The notes under the pieces: model-generated | Told to the model about the DNA's origin: nothing | Databases searched by the model: none | What the model saw: only the letters and a program-made list of their open reading frames with translations | Assembly (NCBI GenBank): GCA_000002445.1 | Contig: CP000069.1 | Span: forward strand, 1,472,001 to 1,536,000 | DNA: 64,000 nucleotides | Direction of reading: 5' to 3' | DNA from: Trypanosoma brucei | Taxonomy: Eukaryota | Part shown: in pieces, positions 12,341-22,852 of the stretch | Numbering within the stretch: position 1 is the first letter of the stretch | Layout of the letters: every line of letters starts with the position of its first letter | Position numbers and translations under genes: made by a program

Positions 12341-13500
12341 TTTTGGAATTTTCTTCGTGCCTTCGTGGGAGTTTCCCCCCACTGGCGCGGCCATCAGCCA
12401 TCACCGTAGAGCCCTGAGATGCTATCGGTCTGGCGACTGTGGCAGAGTCTCCCTTTTTTATTCATCCTAACACACCCTCTATAATTTTTGTTGTAGCTCC
12501 GCAGTTGAACGGAATACAGCAGATGGGGCGAGAAGCCCCCCTCACCCCGGACTCTCCCAAAGATGTCAATTAGCAATCCTTTTGTTTTGATTTTTGTTAT
12601 TCGTTTATTATTCTCTTCCCCTCTTTCTGTTTCTGTTGCTTGTTGATTGCATACCCCCTCTGTCTCTGAGGGTGTCTGGACTATTCCTGCGTCCGGTGCT
12701 TTTCCTGCTGGCTCCACACTCGGCAATAAGGGGGGAAGTTGCAGAAGGGAAAGTGGGTTGTATGACTTTTACCTTAGGTGAGGACTTCACCTGTGGCCGG
12801 CTCCGTTCAACCGCAATGAGAAACTGTGCCAGCCTTTTAGAGAAACATACATCCTGCACACACACACCTTCTACCGCAAACCTGACACGTAACTCCTTCA
12901 AACCGGGACAGCTCATCAGGTGCAGCGACGTTTCTTCGCAGTCGCCGCGTTGGCTCGTAACAGTGCGCTCTGCTCCCATACCGTGCATCTTCTTTTGATG
13001 TAGGGTGAGGCCAGTTTTGCTAGCACACTGCCTTCCGCCTGTCTGGCACACCAACATGGATGTGTTTGTATGCGGGGAATCAGTGGCACCCAATTTTGTG
13101 ATTTTGCTGCATTTAAGCTCGACTCCCTCACCTTAGTGGAAAGCCTTACAGTGTCGGATGAGGGAGGCCCCGCAACTGAGCACTTTTTTGGCACACACCA
13201 CACTGCACCTCGCCCTTCCCCGGGACGTCAACGTTTCCCTCACGGGCACGCTTACGAGGGAATTGCACCAACACCACGGTACCGTCCTCCGTCACTATGC
13301 TTTTATGTTTGAATTTCTTGTGTAGTGACAGGGAAGAGTGTGTACCGAAGCTCGCCTCGCACAAGTCACATTGAAACGGCAGCTTCCGTGTATCCTGAGA
13401 GGCTGGCGCTGTTGGGACGCTACCATCTCCTTGCAATGAGTCTTCGTTCTCTCGCCCCCTTTTCACGCGGCAACTACCGCTGCCTATGCCATGTATTGTT

Positions 13501-15942
13501 CTAAGGTGGTGTAGTAGTCGGGCTGGCACTGCGAATTTGGAGGCACAGATGGTACAATGAAGCACCTGCGGTCTCATCGGGACTCGTGTGCTCGATGGTA
13601 GAGGAACGATCGCCACCACTGGAGGGGGCTCCGGGGGGGATGTCCACTGCGGGTGTTGCATCGCCGTATTTGATCCTCCGGAGGGCATCAGCTCGCACAA
13701 AGCCATGTTTGTTTACCATATGCGTTACAGCACTCGAGCGGCATTGGTATGTGGCATCACATTCCGTACATTTGGTCGGTTCGGAGGTTCTTTGAAGAGT
13801 GCGTGTCGCAACAGGTGGGGCCGTTTGTATTGTTGGCCCTATCGCTGCATGTTGCGGGTTGCACCATCGGCACTGTGGAGGCACACTCGGGTTGATCTTT
13901 CGCAACATCCATCCATAGTGTCTTGAAGACCCAACCCGAAAGCGTGCCAGTGCTGTTTCTTCTTCCCTCGTCAGTTCTTCCTTATGTTTTGTTGGAAAGT
14001 GGTTGCCCGTGATACCAAACCTATGAGTGTTCTCATGGACTTCTTCCGACCTAAGCACTCGCTTCGCATAAGCAATGATGTCGGGGATCCATGTGTCTCG
14101 CAACTGTGGTAAATCTGCGGCCTTTTTGGCCATTTCATCGCAAACCTCATTCCGTTTCATGCCACAATGGCCAAACACAAATTGCAGTCGGATACACACC
14201 TTTCTTCTCTGAACTTGAAGCAGAAGCCTCCATAGTCGTCTTAGAATTGGGTCCGTTACGGCTAGGGGGCCTGTCTGCAGTGCTGTTAACATTGACAGCG
14301 AGTCAGAGAAGATGGACAACCTGCTCGGTGTGCTTCTGTATGCCGGAAGCCATTTCAGCAGCCTTTGCAGTCCTATCTCTAATGCTACGCATTCCGCTCT
14401 GTAACTGCATGAGAGTTCCCCTGCTCCTGTCTTGGGTGCGCAAATCAGCGTGTTGTTTCTGTAGAGCAGGGCAGCTGCTCCGGACTTCTCACCGAGGGAC
14501 ATGGATCCATCAGTCCACAATTCGTAGTGCTCTCGCCGCGGTGGCTCCTTCCCCCTCCGTGCAAAATGCCGTTCAATCCACTTTTCGGAAGCCTCCCTTT
14601 TGACATCGTCAGGGTCATCAGCGCACACAGGCTTTATCTGCGTGTGAAATATCGGTCGGCAGCTGTGGCGGAGCGTCGATGTCTCTAGTGGGTGCTCGCG
14701 TGGCTCAATGCGGAGGTGGGGGTAGGACCGCATGATGCGGGAATGTAGGACTCTGACTGGATGTTTGCTGTGGTATACTTCTTCAGCACTGCGCCGTAAA
14801 CATCCGCCTCGTGACTCACACATCAGCATGAATTTCATGCTGCGCACAAGAGTGGTCGTCTTGAGTGGCAGGAGGTTTGCTTCCAGCAGAGAGTCCTCTT
14901 TGCGCGTCCCATGCGGTATGCAAGCTATGATGCGACTGGCTTTGTGTTGTGCTGCTGCAAGGAGGTCGCGACTTCGTTCCGAAGTGTCCCAGTACCATAC
15001 CTCAATGCCATACATGGTGTGTGCCTGTACGAGTGCTAGATAAAAAGCTCTCAGTACTTGTCTTCTTGGCTCCCATGTAGAAGCTGAGATGGCTGCTATC
15101 TGCAGTAGTCGGAAGTCCATCTTGCGTCTCGTTTCTGCAGCATGTGTTGCCATCCCCTGCAGACACTGGAATGTTACTCCTAGAAGCTTCGGTGTCCTGT
15201 CAGCTCCTATTCTTTTGCCGTCCAGTTGTAATGTAAGGGGGTGGCGCTCTATAAACCCGAAGAGTGTGCACATTGTTTTCGCTACATTGACAGACATGAA
15301 GTACTCTTTTGACCACTGTAACACCACGGTTAGGCCGCATTGTAGTGTGTGGTTGATGACATCCCTCTCTGTGTGCCTCGCAAGTAGCGTCAGGTTGTCT
15401 GCAAAGAATCCGTGCTGCAGTAACGGCACTTCTGCAAGGCATTGGCTCAACGAGTTCATGACAATAATGAACATGATTGGACCAAGGACAGTTCCTTGTG
15501 GCACTCCTCGCTCAAATGTTCTGCTTCTGGAGAGCTTCTCCTTGAATCTCACTCTGCCAGTTCGGTTACTCAGAAATGATACGCACCACTTCACAATGTG
15601 GGGTGATACCTTCATTCTGTGCATTTCCCTCGCAATTTTGTCGTGGTCTACTGTATCAAATGCCTTCTCGTAGTCGACGAATACAGCACCCGTACGATAT
15701 TGGTGCGTGGGGCGGCAGAGGGCAGCGCGGACGTGCAGGAGTTGTTCGAGCGTTGAGCATCCGGGGCGAAAGCCTGATTGCTGCGGCGTCAGCTGGAACT
15801 CAACAGTGTCTCTAAGCCTCGTGGCAAATATGCGCTCCATGACTTTGCAGAGACAGCTCGTGAGCGTCACAGGCCTGTAAGAATCGAGGTCCTCCGCCTT
15901 TTTCCGGCCTTCAGGATGGGGATGATAACACCAGTCTTCCAT
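13501..15942 (-). CDS. ingi ORF segment: reverse transcriptase plus RNase H-like region (813 aa)
   Basis: RT motifs (..YRPVTLTSCLCKVMERI.., ..FADNLTLLA..) in a ~2.4 kb ORF adjacent to the endonuclease ORF. Confidence 0.75.
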   Translation of the reverse strand: MEDWCYHPHPEGRKKAEDLDSYRPVTLTSCLCKVMERIFATRLRDTVEFQLTPQQSGFRPGCSTLEQLLHVRAALCRPTHQYRTGAVFVDYEKAFDTVDHDKIAREMHRMKVSPHIVKWCVSFLSNRTGRVRFKEKLSRSRTFERGVPQGTVLGPIMFIIVMNSLSQCLAEVPLLQHGFFADNLTLLARHTERDVINHTLQCGLTVVLQWSKEYFMSVNVAKTMCTLFGFIERHPLTLQLDGKRIGADRTPKLLGVTFQCLQGMATHAAETRRKMDFRLLQIAAISASTWEPRRQVLRAFYLALVQAHTMYGIEVWYWDTSERSRDLLAAAQHKASRIIACIPHGTRKEDSLLEANLLPLKTTTLVRSMKFMLMCESRGGCLRRSAEEVYHSKHPVRVLHSRIMRSYPHLRIEPREHPLETSTLRHSCRPIFHTQIKPVCADDPDDVKREASEKWIERHFARRGKEPPRREHYELWTDGSMSLGEKSGAAALLYRNNTLICAPKTGAGELSCSYRAECVALEIGLQRLLKWLPAYRSTPSRLSIFSDSLSMLTALQTGPLAVTDPILRRLWRLLLQVQRRKVCIRLQFVFGHCGMKRNEVCDEMAKKAADLPQLRDTWIPDIIAYAKRVLRSEEVHENTHRFGITGNHFPTKHKEELTREEETALARFRVGSSRHYGWMLRKINPSVPPQCRWCNPQHAAIGPTIQTAPPVATRTLQRTSEPTKCTECDATYQCRSSAVTHMVNKHGFVRADALRRIKYGDATPAVDIPPGAPSSGGDRSSTIEHTSPDETAGASLYHLCLQIRSASPTTTPP

Positions 15943-17090
15943 GCAGGCGGCACGACTCCCGTTCGTAGGCTCTCATTGAATAGCCTCACAACAACATTCA
16001 GCGCTGTTCTGCCGAGATGTTGCAGTGCCTCGTTGTATAAGCAATCAGGTCCGGCTGCGGATCCACTAGGTAGCAGTTTGATCGATCTCCGTAGTTCAGC
16101 CATCGTGATGGGACTGAACTCACTCGCTATCGTCTTTATTGGTGCCGGTGGGTGTGAGTCGGGGTGCCTTCTTGCGCGGGAAGAGTACAGTTTACTGAAC
16201 CTCTCAGCTTGACGGTAGTCCGTGATGGCCGCGTTATCAACAAGTACAGCCGGTGTGGTTAGTGGTCGTGGCGCATATACCTTCTTGACAATGTGCCAAC
16301 TGCAGCGGTCTGACACCGCAAGTCTGGAGCATAGCGTGCTCCATCTCTTCTTTGTGGTACGGTCCAGGATCTGCTTACGCGTGGCTACCAACTTTTCCCT
16401 TCGGTGGGAGGGTCCGCATCCAGCGATCTCTTCATCGAGTTTCGCGAGCTCAGGTGTCCAATGTGGTGGCGTTGCTCTGCAGCCACGGGGGACGGAGACC
16501 TTCGTCGCAATGCGGATGGCGGAGCTCAATTTCTGTTCCAGGGTCTTGACGTTCTTCTCTCTACCAATTTTCCTGCAGAGCTCGTCAACCTTGAGACGGA
16601 AATTCCTCCAGTCAGCTTTTAGCCATGCGTACATGGGCTTTCGAAGCCGCGGGCAGCTCAGTGCATCTGTGTCGTCTCCAAAGATAACGTCGAAAAATAT
16701 GTGATGGTGATCGCTATCGGGAGAATACAGCGATGTCCACGTGTACACTGTGCAATTCCTTGACAGTGTCACATCAGGGGTGGACTCCCCGTGGTGGCGC
16801 GCGTACCTGGTGCACTCACCAGTGTTGCAGACCAGAAACTGGTTGTCAATGCACCACTGTGTGAGGGTTTCACCCTTGGTATTTGGTGGGCTCGCGCGAT
16901 CCCATGCCAACGCGTGTGCGTTAGCGTCTGCACCGATGAGCTGGGCACCGTCAGTCGTCAGAAGCGTATCTAGGTCAGTTGCCGTGAAGGTGTGTTTTGG
17001 TGGGATGTATGCCGACGTGACAGTCAGCGCCGTTCCACGTGCAAGGTGAATTGTTGCATGCACTTTTTCAATGCGACCAACAACGGCCAT
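15867..17090 (-). CDS. ingi ORF segment: apurinic/apyrimidinic-like endonuclease domain (407 aa)
   Basis: LINE-type endonuclease-like sequence. Overlaps the RT ORF in another frame at 15867-15942, which marks a frameshift in the ingi ORF. Confidence 0.6.
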   Translation of the reverse strand: MAVVGRIEKVHATIHLARGTALTVTSAYIPPKHTFTATDLDTLLTTDGAQLIGADANAHALAWDRASPPNTKGETLTQWCIDNQFLVCNTGECTRYARHHGESTPDVTLSRNCTVYTWTSLYSPDSDHHHIFFDVIFGDDTDALSCPRLRKPMYAWLKADWRNFRLKVDELCRKIGREKNVKTLEQKLSSAIRIATKVSVPRGCRATPPHWTPELAKLDEEIAGCGPSHRREKLVATRKQILDRTTKKRWSTLCSRLAVSDRCSWHIVKKVYAPRPLTTPAVLVDNAAITDYRQAERFSKLYSSRARRHPDSHPPAPIKTIASEFSPITMAELRRSIKLLPSGSAAGPDCLYNEALQHLGRTALNVVVRLFNESLRTGVVPPAWKTGVIIPILKAGKRRRTSILTGL

Positions 17091-18094
17091 ACCGGTCTCG
17101 ACTGGTATGTCCTCTCACTAGTATTGATACACCTCATCCTTTGCAGTTACGAGCTATTCCGTGATGTTGGTAGCCAGCAACGCTAAAGCAAGCCGCCTCT
17201 CCAGGCGTCATCCTTGTCTCGCTCAACAGACAAAAGGCGATCCGCTCATCAACAAGGGTTTTGTGGAGTGCTAATCTCTTTCCTTGAGATAGCCCGGCGC
17301 AGTTCCACTGCATCCCGTGAAACGACAGGCAGGGATTCTCTTCCACATCACCGGACAGCAGCATCTTAGTGCGGATGATATACTGCTGATGGCACGCTGG
17401 CACGTGCTCAGGGACCGACAAATGAAAAACGGTGTCCCAGCAAGACGCTGCTGATCCCTGTGCTGTATGATGCCGTAGCCGGAGCACAGCAGTGTTCCCT
17501 ATGAAAGGAACGCTGCTGGCTCTTGGCTTCCCCTGATGATACGGGGTACTGGACCCTGGCACCACGTTGAGGTGGCCGGCATCGCCAGGGTACTCACTTG
17601 ATCTCAACCCTCCGCATTTAAGTCGGCCACCATATTTCAAACTATATGTTACACCATTTCTTACGCAGCATCTATTCACTTATATTTGACATAGGAAGCA
17701 CAAACCACCCCGTATTATTTCTTTCTGTGCCGCTTTGAGCTTTTGCGTGTCCATTTGTTTCTTTCTGTATCTTCTTCCCTATTTTTGTCAACTGCATCAC
17801 TCGCTTTGAGTAACACAGAGACTCTATTTGACATGTAACAACTAATTCTGTCTCTAACCACTATATTTCTTCACCTTCTCAATGTGCATCATGGTACTCA
17901 TCACCATGTTTATGTACGAAAATGTTCGTATTCCCTATTCTTTTTCTTTTGTATCTCTTATTTTCCTTCAATAACATCAAACGTGCTCACAGTCTGTCTT
18001 ATTACTTCTTCTACTCACTCATTTACTCAAATTATGCCATTGCAATTATTTTAAACTCCTTATTTTGGGGGTTATTTCAGCTGGCAGCCCTCTT

Positions 18095-18215
18095 ATTTTA
18101 ATATTCGTATACACACTCACAACACTATCCTAGTATTATCATTATTGGCATTTCTATATTATTATTAACACTACTTCTACTATAGCCCTAACTGATAGCG
18201 ACAGAATAACGAAAT
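18095..18215 (-). repeat. 70-bp repeat
   Basis: TAATATTCGTATACACACTCACAACACTATCC..ATTATTATTAACACTAC..CCCTAACTGATAGCG. Duplicated at 50165-50290. Confidence 0.7.
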
Positions 18216-18343
18216 AATCAAAATTATTGTACTAATCATTTTTGACGCCCTTTCATCCTACTACGTTATGTCCACATGCCACTATTATACACATTTTAGT
18301 ATAAGTTTAACTATTTTTCTCACTTTTAAAAGGTTTTTAAAAA

Positions 18344-18359
18344 CTGTTAAAATATAGAA
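18344..18359 (-). promoter_or_regulatory. VSG 3' UTR 16-mer-like element (CTGTTAAAATATAGAA)
   Basis: Downstream of the VSG fragment stop at 18611. Confidence 0.4.
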
Positions 18360-18610
18360 ATTTTTGTCAATTTCTATCAAATTCTTTCAAAATATCAGCG
18401 TGTCATTGTATTTTATAAAATTCATGACGTTCGATAAAATTGAGCATATATCCTTATAGTTCTACAAAAACCCACAAAAAAGCAGTAATCAGGGCAATTT
18501 TTTTTTTTATCTAGAGGAAAACTAGTAGAGCGGTACTTGCCTTCCATCCATCCAAAAACAGCTTCTTTCTGGCGGAATGTCACCTTTTACTGGTCCTTTG
18601 GCTTCCTTAC

Positions 18611-19225
18611 TTAATGTGCACTTTTCTTCTCATCTTTTTCTTCGGGGTTCCATTTGCATGGGGGAGTGCATTCCGTCTCTTTGTCTTTCTTATTGCAATT
18701 TTTTTCGGCTTCTTCTTGTTTGGCCTCAATGCCTTGAAGTGGTGTCTGCTGCATTGTTGGTGCGAGAACTGTAGCAGCATATCGGGCAAAGGTATATGCC
18801 TGTTCTGCTTGGCTGACAAGCTGCTTCTGTTGGGCTTCTAGTAACTTGAGGTGTGCCGCTGTGCCGGTTGCGTTGTCTACCAGGTCTGCCGCCTGGTCCA
18901 GGTTAGACAGCCATGTGATTCCTTTGCCGCTTGTTGCAATGGCGTCTGTATAGTCGATACACAGTGTTGCCGCTGCTCCGGTGCTGGTGCTGCCGCTTGT
19001 TTCGCCTAGTATTAATGGTTTGTCGTAGTAAGTGTCTGTTGCCGTTGAAATATTATAGTTTGTGAGTTTTTCGATCATTTCTGTCGCTGCTGGCGCCGGT
19101 ACGTTGCTGATCCGCTTGGTCCTCGCTTTGTACAACAGGTAGATATCGCAAAGCGCCTTGAATTCTCGTATGTTGCCGTTGGTGGTTGCACCGCCTCGTT
19201 CGAATGCCATTGCCGCTAAAAACAA
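18611..19225 (-). pseudogene. VSG 3' fragment: C-terminal half of the N-domain plus C-terminal domain, no GPI signal, 5'-truncated
   Basis: ORF 204 aa ending ..CNKKDKETECTPPCKWNPEEKDEKKSAH*. An in-frame stop lies immediately upstream of the first Met, and there is no signal peptide. Confidence 0.65.
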
Positions 19226-20739
19226 GAGAGCAGTTGGTATACCTAGAATCTCGTCTCAGCTTATGCTGTTGCTGAAAGAAGATCCTTTTGAAGGTTTGGA
19301 AAGGAATATTGCTTGCCTTGCGAAGGTATTATGAGTGACGGAACAGGATTATTTTAATATTTAAGGCATGTTGTGTTTTGAACATCCCAATCTCAAGGAC
19401 TTATTGCTTTCCCAAACACTTAAGTGTTGGACTGTGAATGCAAGGTTAATGTATACGTGAGTAGATTAGTTATTTATGGGAGTTGTGTTGCTGTCAAAGT
19501 TAAACAGTGCCGTCGACATTTGCCTTGAGAGTTTCGTTGGTTTTTTTTCAAATTTGTAGGGACACAAAGAGGGATTCTTTATCCAAGTCTGTTGGTTGCA
19601 TTGCCAGAAAAAGGACACGAAACTGAATCGAAAAAAACATACTATTAATTGCAGACCGTATTTAAACGTATTTAAATTATATAAAAGCTGCTCTTCTTGC
19701 TCTGTTTTATCATTTTCTAATTTATAAATTTCAGTTTTAACTCGAAAAAAAACTATGTATGGTTAGTGCTTCCTCCGTTAATGATTGATTTTTGCTAGCG
19801 AATCCGATTATGTTCCCTCTTTTTGTTGAGATAGTTCATTAATACTGGGAAATTGTGACATTGGAAGCGCTTTCTCTGCAAATTTTGTTTTGTTTACTAG
19901 CTTCTACAGTTGAAGGTATGCGACCACTTTTATGTTAATTATACGCTCCTTGAAAGGTCTTAGTTACTTGCCAGTATACCGATATGTAATTGGAGGTGTA
20001 TATCCATTGAGCTTTTCCACCTCATAGTGTTCCTCCACTGTTTCATATATATTCTGTTTCAAGCTGTGTCCGTGTTTTTGTTTTACTTTTTCTTGCCAAC
20101 ATAATCCATTAACAGTCCTAGTGTAAAAATCCTTCTCCCTATAATACTATATTATTTTCCACAAGTGCTTGCCGCTATTACGATATCTTATTGAGATCAG
20201 ACTTCAAAATAACCTCACAATTACACAAACCTTTTATTATACCCCTGCTTCTTCAAAGCTAAAAATTATTATTCAACCTAAAATTAAAAACCAAAGTCTC
20301 TGTTATCTCTGCAGTTTCATCTATCCATGTTGGAGTTACAACGGGCAGCAGCGGTGGTTCATGCTTTGTTTCCTCCTGAACACCGCTGTTAAGTATCAGA
20401 TTTCTATCATTTCACACCGTATTTTGTTTCGTTATCTAGTTTTCACTATCACCATTTGTGCGGATAACGTAGCGACTCTGTTTATCCTGCACAATGAACT
20501 ATGTTTCTTCCTCACTCTCCATACAATCATTTTTTGTGTGCAGATTCCGGTCGTCGTGTTTGTGTCTCTGAGTACGCATATTCCATATCTTTCGCTATCA
20601 CTATCTTCCCTTAATAATATTCCCTTTGCACTTACTCACTTACTCATACTCACTCATTTATAATCACTTCATTCCTACTACTGTTCTAGGTTTCATCTAT
20701 TATGGGTTCCCTGTCGCTCAGAACTGTCACTCTTATTAT

Positions 20740-20840
20740 AATATTCGTATATATACAGACACTCACAACACTCTCCTATAAATATCATTATCATTGTTCT
20801 CGGTATATTACTAATGTCCGTAAAAGAAATAAGATAAAAA
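20740..20840 (-). repeat. 70-bp repeat
   Basis: TATAATATTCGTATATATACAGACACTCACAACACTCTCC..ATCATTATCATTG. Confidence 0.65.
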
Positions 20841-20965
20841 AATTAGAATGGCACTCATTTTTAATACCCTATCACACTAATAATTTGGAGCCATAGGTAC
20901 GTACATACCAAAGTTTCCGATTTTTAATTCTTAAAATTTCCGAAAAATTACCAATATTAACAAAA

Positions 20966-20981
20966 GTGTTAAATATATTAA
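20966..20981 (-). promoter_or_regulatory. VSG 3' UTR 16-mer-like element (GTGTTAAATATATTAA)
   Basis: Just downstream of the VSG C-terminus at ~21021. Confidence 0.45.
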
Positions 20982-21020
20982 ATTTCAAAAATTATAAAAA
21001 TAAAAAAACATTCATAAAAT

Positions 21021-22596
21021 GCTACAAACTCACAAAAAAATCCATCAGAGCCAATTTTCTATTCGCAAGGAAACTGGGATCTTCGCATTTTTCTTTAATT
21101 CATCCGCAGTTGGCTTTTTTGCCGGGTTTCTAACCATCATTCTCCTTTTCACAGTTTGCTTTGTCTTTGTGTTTTGTGCACCTGTCTGAGGGTGCTGTTG
21201 TTCCTCCCGATTGCGTTTGTGTTACAGGGACGGCGTTTTTATTAGCTTTGGTTTCATTAAATTTGCACTTTTTATCGTCGGCGCTGTCTTTTTGATAAGT
21301 ACAATAAAGGTTGGCGTTGCAGTCAGTATCTTTCGTTATTCCTTCGCATTCTTTTTTCTTGGCTTGAGTCGATTCTGCTGTCGCTTCTGCTGCCTTCGAC
21401 GCGCTTTCGTCCTTTCCGTCTGTCTGCTGAGCTGCTGCTGTCGCTTCTACTTTGTCCGCTATGTTGTACGCAATTTTTAGGTTCATTTCAATTGCTTTTT
21501 TGAGGGTTTCTTGATGTTGTTCTGCCTTCTGCTTGCGATCCAGTAGGTCGGCTGCTTGCATGACGGCTGTGGAAAATGTTAGTTCCGGCCATTTGTCGGC
21601 GTGTGCCGTTATTGTCGTACTGTACTTGACGCAGAGCCCGGTATCGCTGGCACCGTCGCAACCGCCGTTTGCTGTCCAACCTAGATAGCCGGCATTGTTA
21701 TGGATGGTGACCGCTGAATGCAGGTCCTGCAGAGCCGCCCGCAGGGCCGAGGCCGTTGCGTGGAGCGTTCCGCTTGTACTGCACTTCTGTCGCACTTTGT
21801 CGTAGGTTGCTTTGGCTCCGCTGCCTCCTGCACTCCACTTGTCCGCCCCTTGCGAATTGCGGAGTGGCTTTGGGCCGTCGTTGCCCCCTTGCTTTTCCAG
21901 CACAAGGCACATCGCCACATACGCTAGCGGGTTGTGATTTTGGATTTTGCCCTCCTGCGCGCATGCCGTGACTGTTGCGGCACCGTTGTCGGTCCCGCTA
22001 TTTGTTGCGAATTTGTCTCGGTCTTTTGTTTCGCCGTAAATGGCTTCAGCTAGTTTGTCGGCTACCGCTTTTTGTTTGCCTGCCTCTATGTCGGCCGCCT
22101 CCATTTTCAATTGATTGTTTAGTTCCAGCGTAGTGTTCAGAATTTGGTTCATTTTTGTTGCTGCTAATTTTCGCGCTCTTTCGGCAAACTTGTTGAGCTT
22201 GCTGGCCTTGATTCTCTTGGCTGCGTCGTTATTTCCTTCAAGCATGTGCCGTGCATCTGCCCAGCCCTGCCAGCTGTCTTCCCCATGTGGGAACGCCGTT
22301 TTGGCATGGTTGGGTTTTTCTTTCCACGTGAGGTTGTCTTTTCCCTTTTTTAGAAACAGCTTCTGCCATGCAGGGTCGCTTAGGCTCATATTAAGCGCCG
22401 CTAGTTCTGCCAGATCCTCTTCAGCAGTCACCTGCTGGCTGTCAGGTGCCGATCCTTTTTCCTGTAGCTGAATCAGCTTACACACCTTTGCAAATACATC
22501 CGCGTTGGCGCCTTCTGGTATCGCCAGCATCTTAGGGAAGCTCGTGGCGAGCACAACTACCGCGACTAGAGCAGATTTAACATTTTTTTTATCCAA
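21021..22596 (-). pseudogene. VSG, near-intact (488-aa ORF 21130-22596) but with two in-frame nonsense codons before the GPI-signal segment
   Basis: Signal peptide MDKKNVKSALVAVVVLATSFPKMLA and a full N-domain are present. The ORF ends ..CEKENDG*. The same frame continues KPGKKANCG*IKEKCEDPSFLANRKLALMDFFVSL*, which is a VSG-like C-terminus and GPI signal. Confidence 0.7.
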
Positions 22597-22852
22597 GTCC
22601 CCGCATCGGCTGTTGTTGTTGTTGCTTCCGATACCTTTTCCAAAATTTTGGATATTTACCTGATATAGTTGACGCTGCTATTTTGGACATGCCGTGAATC
22701 TGTTTGGTAGTTTTTTAAAATTTAAAAGCTTTGGGTCTTGCCGCCGGAGTTAGACTTAGCAATATTTTAAAAACTTTTTAGTTGTAAACAAAGCCCCTTC
22801 CATAAACCCATCACCACAATTTTTTTATATTTAAAATCCAACTTCTTTCTAC

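Larger units (their letters stand above)
12341..17610 (-). mobile_element. ingi: ingi non-LTR (LINE-like) retrotransposon, full length (~5.27 kb), degenerate (ORF split by frameshifts), short A-run at its 3' end
   Basis: Contains the endonuclease and RT ORFs listed separately, a C-terminal C2H2 zinc-finger ORF (13146-13706) and a 5' ORF (17134-17679). Length matches the known ~5.2 kb ingi. The 3' junction TTTTTT (plus) at 12341-12346 is a short A-tail on the minus strand. Confidence 0.85.

Noticed and set aside
12099-13203. Minus ORFs 12099-12404, 12394-12726, 12608-13093, 12916-13203 as separate genes
   Set aside because: They lie within the RIME fragment and the 3' portion of ingi, and are frameshifted remnants of the single ingi ORF and its terminal sequence.
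17134-17679. 181-aa (and 203-aa at 49139-49750) minus ORF as an independent gene
   Set aside because: It is the 5'-terminal part of the ingi ORF (within the RIME-left half) and partly runs into the flank. It is part of the retrotransposon.
20169-20663. 164-aa plus-strand ORF in the VSG co-transposed region
   Set aside because: Low-complexity, Leu/Ile/Phe-rich reading of AT-rich non-coding DNA between a VSG fragment and a 70-bp repeat, with no recognisable domain.
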